64,000 nt of DNA from Trichoplax adhaerens. Its lineage: Eukaryota; Animalia; Placozoa. Position numbers and translations under genes: made by a program. Location: NCBI RefSeq assembly GCF_000150275.1, contig NW_002060968.1:720244-784243 (forward strand), in the 5' to 3' direction. The notes under the pieces were generated by a model that was given only the letters and a program-made list of their open reading frames with translations, ran no database searches and was not told the origin of the DNA. Each line of letters opens with the position of its first letter. Position 1 is the stretch's first letter. Shown piece by piece: positions 26,901-40,974 of the stretch.

Positions 26901-29541
26901 AGCTCCTACTTCCGGCTGTAAGTCTGCAATTAACTACGAAAACCAATTTTTGTATTTTACTTTGTAATAGAATATCAATAGCTAGATATCTGATTGATAC
27001 TGTATTTTTTGCTTAACAGTTGCCCTTTTCAAGAAGCAAGGTAATTTATTAAATATCTGATGGCTGAAAGGAAATTCTAATCGTTATTTGGTTTATTAAA
27101 CCATTACTAATCAATCTTTTTCTTTGGTATTCTCGTGTCTGTTAACAGACTGTAAGTCTTTAATTAACGACGGAAATCAATTTTTATATTTTATTTTGTA
27201 ATAGAATATCAATAGCTAGATGTCTGATTGATACTGTATTTTTGCTTAACAGTTGCCCTTTTCAAGAAGCAAGGTAATTTATTAAATATTCGATGGCTGA
27301 AAGGAAATTTTAATCGTTATTTGGTTTACTAAACCATTACTAATCAATCTTTTTCTTTGGTATTCTGACATCTGGCGGCAGGCAGTAAGTCTTTAATTAA
27401 CGACGAAAATCAATTTTTTGTATTTTACTTTGTAATAGAATATCAATAGCTAGATGTCTGATTGATACTGTATTTTTGCTTTACAGTTCCCCTTTTCAAG
27501 AAACAAGGTAATTTATTAAATATTCGATGGCTAAAAGGAAATTCTAATCGTTATTTGGTTTATTAAACCATTACTAATCAATATTTATCTTTGGTTTCCT
27601 ATCAACTAGCTCCTACTTCCGGCTGTAAGTCTGCAATTAACTACGAAAACCAATTTTTATATTTTATTTTGTAATAGAATATCAATAGCTAGATGTCTGA
27701 TTGATACTGTATTTTTGCTTAACAGTTGCCCTTTTCAAGAAGCAAGGTAATTTATTAAATATTTGATGACTGAAAGGAAATTCTAATCGTTATTTGGTTT
27801 ACTAAACCATTACTAATCAATCGTTTTCTTTGGTATTCTGACATCTGGCGGCAGGCAGTAAGTCTTTAACTAACGACGAAAACCAATTTTTTGTATTTTA
27901 CTTTGTAATAGAATATCAATAGCTAGATGTCTGATTGATACTGTATTTTTGCTTTACAGTTCCCCTTTTCAAAAAGCAAGGTAATTTATTAAATATTCGA
28001 TGGCTGAAAGGAAATTCTAATCGTTATTCGCTTTACTAAACCATTACTAATCAATCTTTTTATTTGGTATTCTGGCATCTGGCAGCAGGCAGTAAGTCTT
28101 TAATTAACGACGAAAACTAATTTTTTATATTCATTTCAATGAGAAATTTCGTATGCTTAATATTTGACTGATACCGTATATTTTGTTTTATAGTTAGTTT
28201 TTTCAGGAACGAAGGTAAATGTAAATTACTAATCCACCTGATGCTGAGGAGATTGCATAAATCAGGCTGGCAATCATTACAACACAAATTCACTTATCTT
28301 GATCTGGTATTTTAAAATTAGATGCCTACAACAAGAAAGCTGATAAGCTCACAAATCCTAAAGGTAAGCTGTTTCAAAATTGGTAAAAGATTTTCTAGCT
28401 GCGGTAGTGCTTCAACTTGATTTTATGATATCTCCTTATGTTTGATATCACCAATGTTTGCTTATTTTGTTGTGACATCTAGATTTGCTACGTAATTTCA
28501 ACTTTCTCCTTATATCTTACTGCTCCTAGTAAATTTTAGAACAGTTTAATCTTAACTTATGAGGATGTGATTTATAGTAATAAACTAATATACAGATAAA
28601 TTTTTCAAAAACAGAGGTGTGCCAATTTGAGAAATATAAAGAAATCAGTCCTGCACTTTTGATTAAATGTTGCAAGAAATATTCCTACGTCTTGAGTACA
28701 TCTAAACTTAAGCTGGTTGATATCAGTTCTAAGATTACTAATTTGTGATATTAATTTCTTTATTTATGTCCTTCATTTTCTATAGCTTCTGAAAGCTTAG
28801 CTATATGCGCAAGGCTTATCTGGTGAACGAGCTTTAAATAGGTAATATTTATTTACCAATTTGCTTTAGTAGCGACCTATAGTCCACCTCTTACAAATCT
28901 TGCTCTTCAAATTTTTATCAAAGGTTGCTTGACTACTAATTATGAGAGGCACAAACTAGTTCATTTTACACGAATCTGAAACTTGACGCTAGATCATTTT
29001 GAGATAGAATTAAATTGTTATATGGTAGTCTATACGCAGTGCGGTGTATTTCTGTATATGGCATCTGACTTTATAGTACTGTAAAGCTACCTCTAGGCGT
29101 AAAGTAAGCAGTAATCTTATAACTTTCATTATATAGGCATATATGGTAGCATATATACAATTCGGGCCATAAACTGTTCTTTAACGGAATAATTCGTCAA
29201 TAGAAGCAGTACTAGTACAAAATTTTATTTCTGTATTTGTTATGCACATTAAAGGCCGATTTAGTCGCTTGCAAAGCGCTAAGGCGTAAGCAATATTTTA
29301 ATACAATTAAAACTTCTTTTATAGCGAAATAAGAAATACATGTCCCATTGTAGCATCGATTAATTTAAATGGTAGATTGGCTGGAAATTGTTGTCAATTT
29401 CGTCTTTACCCATAATTTTAAGATGTGCCACTTTTCTAGATTTTAGCTACGTCAATAGTAACTCGAATTATTCTATTTATTATAGTAGATCGCGCTGGCA
29501 TGGCTGCACCCGATAAGATTGAATATATAAATGAACCATAA
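20934..29541 (+). CDS. Micro-exon-encoded neuropeptide precursor (signal peptide plus multiple KK/KR-flanked xLF/xFF peptides; LF-type placozoan peptide family)
   Basis: AG/GT-bounded exons: 20934-20957 MKYLAVVI; 21445-21472 FAFVAVAIA; 21949-21969 APALQEN; 23353-23388 xEIDWFENRGDH; 23552-23563 DQLP; 24441-24467 NERNDDLMS; 24611-24628 YNLFKK; 24740-24766 QQEIPPGMG; 24931-24954 VSFFKRKN; 25067-25081 SFPNR; 25178-25198 MNQIKRQ; 25321-25323 D; 25587-25607 LSLFKKE; 25715-25723 ADQ; 25824-25844 LAFFKKE. Then APTPG/FALFKKE pairs starting at 25947/26063, 26186/26302, 26425/26541 and 26664/26780. Then 26903 APTSG; 27020 FALFKKQ; 27149-27151 D; 27253 FALFKKQ; 27382-27384 G; 27487 IPLFKKQ; 27610 APTSG; 27726 FALFKKQ; 27855-27857 G; 27960 IPLFKKQ; 28089-28091 G; 28194-28214 ISFFRNE; 28322-28363 DAYNKKADKLTNPK. 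Exons within 22.0-23.3 kb and after 28363 are unresolved; the tentative terminal exon is 29486-29541 (xDRAGMAAPDKIEYINEP*). Confidence 0.85.
23578..24116 (-). mobile_element. Truncated family B-like solo LTR inside an intron of the peptide gene
   Basis: Matches 14701 onward (taacgtaaaacaaat.tctaaattacta.agtctccgggattca) and ends ggttcgtaccgtgaca. The TGTCACA end is missing. Confidence 0.75.
25540..28230 (+). repeat. Tandem array of ~233-240-bp units, each carrying two micro-exons and two introns
   Basis: Exact 239-bp spacing for exons at 25947, 26186, 26425, 26664 and 26903. A 473-bp higher-order spacing links 27382/27855 and 27487/27960. Confidence 0.95.
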
Positions 29542-30693
29542 AGTAGACGATTAAGCACTTGCTATTTAAAATTCAAGAATCAAATAACAAATTTTACTTT
29601 GTTAAGCGATAGTAGATGTTTTGGTGTAATTAGGACAACAATGGAATACATTTGGGTAACCATTTTATCTAAATCTTCATCAAAACTCTATTTATGTAGT
29701 TGTCCCTTTATAGTGATATTCTATTCGTTGCATGTATCGTTAATCTCAGTGTACTGTAAGTTATAAATAGCGCTCTTGTCCAGGAATAACTGATGTACAA
29801 GTACAATAACGTCTTCATGTTATCAGTATTAGCCCGAATGTAACCATCAAAGCTATGTAATTATTGTCGTAGGTGTCATAAATCGAAATAAACCATACGA
29901 TTAACTGTAACTTTCTGTCAAATATTTTATGTGGTGTTTTTCATAAAAAAATGAGATCATTAGTTGCATCGAACCTACGATATAAAACAATCAAATAATC
30001 AACGCTAGTTTCGCAAATAGTAATCTACGTTTTACTATAGGTACAGCACAATGATCAGCATTCATGGATGACCACCTGCGATAAAAATTTTATAGGGATA
30101 ATCTATATTGTTGACAAACTAAAATAATGATGAATGTATAGTGCAGTACTTTGATAAGATATGTTACAGGATCATAACGCTAAACAGTCACTACGGATAT
30201 ATGAACGGTAAGTTTTAACGCAATCTAGATTGAACAAATTTAGAACTTGATAGTGCGTAGCTGTCTTCCAAAACCAAGTATGAGGCATATAAGGCAACAT
30301 TTACAAGTTCTTTTAAGAAATGAGGCACGTAAAGAAAATTCTTAGAAATTTTGATTTCACTTATTCGCTTCTACTGTAATATATTCGCTCAGTAACCGCA
30401 GTACAAATATCCAGGATTAGGAAACGTCAGTATCATTCTCGTAATATACATTCTTTTTCAGACAATGAAAAAGTACATAACTATATCTCCTTGCACTTAT
30501 TAATTACCGTTGCAACAAATCCTTTACGTAATTAGAATATAATCAATATTTAACTAGTAAACAAGGTACACAGAGATAGTTATGACTTATACAAAAATAG
30601 ATGTTTCCTGTCGGAAAATTTCATTCCACGTCATTACAATAGTACATCCAAACAGAATTCTTCTATGGCATACTAAATGATATGTCCATTCTA

Positions 30694-33182
30694 CTACACA
30701 TTCTCAATCATAGACGCAATTTCCTTGATACGGCCAGCAAAGTTCTGAAGATTTAGAAGACTATAATCAATTTCGTTTTTATGTTAAGTTTATGCTTCAA
30801 ATTATTATATTCTTAAATACAAACTGCATATACTGTCACTAGACAGTATTTACCTTAAACTCTGATAGCTCTAACTGCAAGTATTTTTTTCTTGTTGAAC
30901 CACTTGGAAGAGCAATTGTTAACATAACTGTAACCAGTGGGGTATTCATATTAGGACATCGATTTGAAGATGTTGCGAAGGATAGCTTCCACTGCATATC
31001 AATCAACTTTAAGATAATTCAGAAATATTTTAAATTCGTGTACTTATCGATGATAGCTAACGTGTTCATTCTAATGGCAACAATCGCAAATGTACCTTTC
31101 CAATGCGTAGATAATTGCTTTGATATTGGTGCACCATTTTCCGATTCTGGAGAAATATTGATATATCATATTAGATGACCAGAAACAACCATATATTGAT
31201 GGCATCATATTTAGCCACTCTTTCAGCATATCTTATTCTACATTCCTACTCCGAAATTAATGATATGTTTGCCAATCATTACCTCTTCAGTCCAAGCTTT
31301 ACAAATAGAAGCTGAAGTTAAATTGCTGCATACAACACTTTGCTTGAAAATTTGGCTTAACATGGAATCATCTAGCTGTTCTGTATTCGCGTATCTAATA
31401 ACGTATCAAGAAAATTATTTTAGTAAGGTCCCGTTACACAGTAGGCATACATGATCAACGACAACGGTTTCATCTGTAAATCATTTACTCGTTAACTTTA
31501 GCTGGTTACAAACAGCAGCTTTGATAACATCAAGATGTTATGAATTAGGAGTTTTACTTTCAGAGAAATTTGAATAGACTTAGAATTTAATATTTATTTA
31601 AAAAGGTATTAGCTACTTGCCGATAAGTGTATGTAATTGCATTGATTAAATTTTGGATGGCACTTTCTTGCACAGGTAATGTTAAAGATTCGATATCCTA
31701 ACAGCAAAGGAAATAATTTAGGTTCGATAGTATTGTTAATTTAGGTATAAAAACGGCTGTGCTAAGATAAAATTTAAATTTAATAGTCATTAGTAATATT
31801 ATGTACATAATTAGGTCGTGTTACTTCTTTACAGCAATTTAGAAGGATGGAAGTGACTTTAAAAATCATGCATTCGATATCTATCTTTAAAGGCTGTCAT
31901 CTATTTTGCATCATGAATTTGTTCTGCAAGTAGATGAGATAAATCACTCGCATGCAAGCTTAATCTTCGTGTAATTCTGTCTATTCAGAGTTTAATACGT
32001 CGTAGTTAATGTACGATTTCGATTGAGTATTTGTGCAAATGAGCTTGATCCTAGTCTACCTTTAGCTCAACCAAGGTAAACACGTTGTAATACTAAAATT
32101 AAGCTTCAAAGTCTATGTCATTGATATTTCATCATCAATTCATACTACAGAGGGTAAACATTAACACTTTTTTTGAATCTATTAACAAAAGTATAATATC
32201 CCTTTTCACATCCTGTAATGCAGTATCCTGTGTCTTTGCTGAGCAGTCTTTGAGAAGGTATTTGAATTAAGCATGAAGTCTATTTTAGAAGGGCAAAAAG
32301 ATTGTAGAGAGGACAGGCATCCATATTTGTATTGTAAATAAGCAAACAACAATATCGCTTATATGGCGGTATAGCTCATCGGCCATATCAAGATTGCGTT
32401 CCTGCTGGAAGGGTAGAATAGTTTACTGTCAATACTCTATGCGGTATTGGACTGTATTATTATTACAAACGACACTAAACCTTCGACATCAAGATGAATT
32501 CCTAGCAATTACAAGGTTTGCCGGTAAATGCTATCTGAAAGCCCATGAAGTATTAAAATGACTCTACGTATCGTCTGACTGACGCGATGCAAAGTTGTAT
32601 CCATACGCCTATTCTGCTAGGATGACCAGTTTTGTACTTTATGATGCTTTACGCTCGCACCTTAAAACATAGTGTAGAAGCGAGGAAGAGTTTAATAATC
32701 TGGTCTAAATCTGTACCTTTGTATATCGACTGATGGAACATAGGCCAATCTTCCCACTAAGAAACAGGATAATATCATCACACTATATTGACAAGGAAAT
32801 AACATTCATATCCGATTAGAACTGTCTCGATTGCTTTCTTGGTAGCTAAGCTGCTATATTCATTTTAATAATATTTACGACAAAACGCGGAAAGATCGAT
32901 CGCTATTGGAATCAAGGTAACCTTTCCACATGCTAGTAACTTACCAATAGTTGCAGGAAATTGGATGGTAATATATTAGCCGTTTGAATGGCCAGATGAA
33001 ATCCTAGATGAAATACGAAAAGCTGATTGTATATTACTTCGACACTACTGCAACTTGTCAACATACTCATCTTACTGCACTTTCAGCACTTGCTTGACCC
33101 ATGGTCAGTAAAATGATGATGACACATGGATATCACGATAATAGTTGGTCTTACCTTCCGGTGCTTGCATGAATAACGCCAT
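30694..33182 (-). CDS. COMMD6: COMM domain-containing protein 6 (multi-exon)
   Basis: Exon 31006-30854 encodes LIDMQWKLSFATSSNRCPNMNTPLVTVMLTIALPSGSTRKKYLQLELSEFK and the last exon NFAGRIKEIASMIENV*. These match the COMMD6 COMM domain as I recall it (LVDFQWKLGMAVSS...QFQNFYRQFKEIAAVIETV). The first exons read MALFMQAPE/GFHLAIQTANILPSNFLQLL. Middle exons (31.4-32.8 kb) are not resolved. Confidence 0.8.
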
Positions 33183-33502
33183 CTTTCTTCCGATGTTGGA
33201 GCGATGGATTGTAGGTAAGAGGCGGCGGATAAGTGGACGAGAAAAGAGTTGCCTACCAACTCACGGGCTTACCGTTCCATTGCCATGGCATTCTTATCGT
33301 TCGTCAATGCTGCATCCGTAGTTAGGTACCGTTCTGGCTTCGGACTTACTGCGATTGTAACTGATGGGAAAGACGGATGGTCTGCATTTGAGCAGCATTC
33401 TAGGCAAGGACTAGTGACATTAGTTTTGCTATTCATTTGGTTATTGTTCTGGCTTCGGAATTTCTTCGATTGTAACTGACTTGAAAGATGGATGGTCTGC
33501 TA

Positions 33503-33671
33503 CACTACCTACTGCAATTAGTGTGGATAAACGAATAGTGTGGGTTCCTAATTAGTGTTACCCACATTAAATATGGTATTACCAAAAATGTGCTAAACGA
33601 TCCACACTAAATATGGTAATACCAAAGATGTGCTAACTACCTACATTAATCACTAATTGCCGTGCCCAGTG
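33503..33671. mobile_element. MITE (169 bp), Tc1/mariner-type
   Basis: TA-[CACT......GCAATTAGTG ... CACTAATTGC......AGTG]-TA with imperfect TIRs. It sits at the ctgcTActgagc site that is uninterrupted in the other satellite units. It contains an internal ~43-bp direct repeat. Confidence 0.75.
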
Positions 33672-33774
33672 TAGTGAGCAGCATTCTAGGCCAGGACTGG
33701 TGACATTAGTTTTGCTATTCATTTGGTTATTGTTCTCATGTTCTGGCTTCGGAATTTCTTCGATTGTAACTGAC

Positions 33775-34362
33775 TGTCACAACCCTCACTTGTGGCAAAG
33801 GAAAGTCAAGAACTCTAGTGTAGTTACTTAAAACTTGGGCTATTTCTCCCAGTACTTTCAGTTTCTATGAGAGAAGTATTTGAGATCTCGATTTCTCGGC
33901 TGATCTCCACAGACAACTGACTAATTATTACACTATTCTTCATGATATGAGTCTTGCCGTTTCTTGAGCAATTACTTTTTTTATTCTACAAACACACGCG
34001 CTTAAATAGGTTTCTACAGTGAATTCCAATATTAACGAGTGAGAATTCACGCTTTACAAGTTACATTAATTAGTATAATACCATTACTAAATGTACATGT
34101 CGATATTCTCAGACTTAGATAGCTACAAGCTATCAGGTGTTAAGACGCTTAACCTTCATCCATATACAGCTCAATTTTTAGAGATTAACATACCTTATAA
34201 ACCTACAGTAAATTAACTGCTAACAACTTCTATTTTTATCTCATTTCTACCATCCTATTATCAGCTACAAGCGCATTAAAACATAGCACATAACCTTATC
34301 TTATCTATTCATAAGCATTCATTAATTTACAGTTACTTAATTAGTAACGGCGTACCGTGACA
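33775..34362 (-). mobile_element. Solo LTR, family C (588 bp)
   Basis: TGTCACA...CGTACCGTGACA termini with a perfect 5-bp TSD CTGAC, interrupting a satellite unit. Strand is assigned by analogy to family B, which shares the terminus. Confidence 0.85.
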
Positions 34363-35374
34363 CTGACATGAAAGACGGATGGTCTGCTACTAAGTAGCAT
34401 TCTAGTCAAGAACTGGTGACATTAATTTTGCTATTCATATAGTCTTTGTTACGGCTTCGGACTTTCTTCGATTGTAACTGATAACGAACGACGGATGGTC
34501 TGCTACTGAGCAGCATTCTAGGCCAGGACTGGTGACATTAGTTTTGCTATTCATTTGATCATTGTTCTGGCTTCGGACTTTCTTCGAATGTAACTGATAG
34601 GAAAGACGGATGGTCTGCTACTAAGCAGCATTCTAGGCAAGAACTGATGACATTAATTTTGCTATTCATATAAACCTTGGACAGGTGTACTGATAGGAAA
34701 GACGGATGGTCTGCTACTAAGCAGCATTCTAGGCAAGAACTGGTGACATTAATTTTGCTATTCATATAAACCTTGGACAGGTGTACTGATAGGAAAGACG
34801 GATGGTCTACTACTAAGCAGCATTCTAGGCAAGAACTGGTGACATTAATTTTGTTATTCATATGGTCATTGTTCTGGCTTCTGACTTTTTTGGATTGTAA
34901 CGGATAACGAACGACGGATGGTCTGCTACTGAGCACTGAGCAGCATTCTAGGCAAGGACTGGTGACATTAGTTTTGCTATTTATTTGGTCATTGCTCTGG
35001 TATGATGTAAGATTGAGTGTAAAGTATCGATACAGTTCCACATGATCACAGTCTAGTTTTATTACCAAAAATGGATGATTCATTTCCCGCTGCAATTCTA
35101 GAGTCTCGCAATACTACAACGTATAGTATACAGAGTACAGTACTGTATCCTGTATCGAGTGACTGTACACTGTACGGTATTGTACCGTACTGTACAGTGT
35201 ACAGTGTACAGTACAAGAAGTTAGTACTGTAATGATACTGTACTGTATGAGCCTGAGGTGAAGCAATCGACAAGGCCGCTGCCAAGACTAAAATGCCGCA
35301 AAGAAAGCTAATTGCTAGTTCGCAATCAATTCAGCTCAAGATTACGGTTTAGAAGAGACTATTCAAGTTGATTG

Positions 35375-40747
<5,373 letters not shown>

Positions 40748-40974
40748 TCCAGAATCAGCATTATAAAATAGTTCTCTTTATATCATGTGCTTTAAAAAGT
40801 ACCGTAGAGTATAATCTCATTTATATTTTAAGTAATGAAATATGAAGATTAGACCGCACATTAAATAATTTCTGTATTTGTATTTACTGCTTTTAAAGTA
40901 ACAAGATTTATAGATTATTAAGCACAGATTATAGATTTACTCTAAGTATTTATAAATGGTGAACGTTCGCACGA

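Larger units (their letters stand above)
33330..35000. repeat. Satellite, ~100-120-bp unit, interrupted by two transposons
   Basis: The unit ggcttcggactttcttcgattgtaactgataggaaagacggatggtctgctactaagcagcattctaggcaagaactggtgacattaattttgctattcat is repeated ~7 times. Confidence 0.92.

Noticed and set aside
25540-28230. CRISPR-like or purely non-coding satellite interpretation of the 239-bp array
   Set aside because: There are no unique spacers or cas genes, and the context is eukaryotic. Conserved splice sites and a coherent peptide frame explain the array.
34590-34625. Hammerhead-ribozyme-like core in the satellite (CTGATAG-GAAA-GAC...GTCT)
   Set aside because: Stem II is absent, the CUGANGA box is incomplete, G occupies the cleavage position, and there is no clear stem I.
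34559-35095. 178-aa repetitive Cys-rich ORF (and the 76-aa ORF at 33249)
   Set aside because: These are translations of the satellite, which has unit-length variation and TE interruptions.
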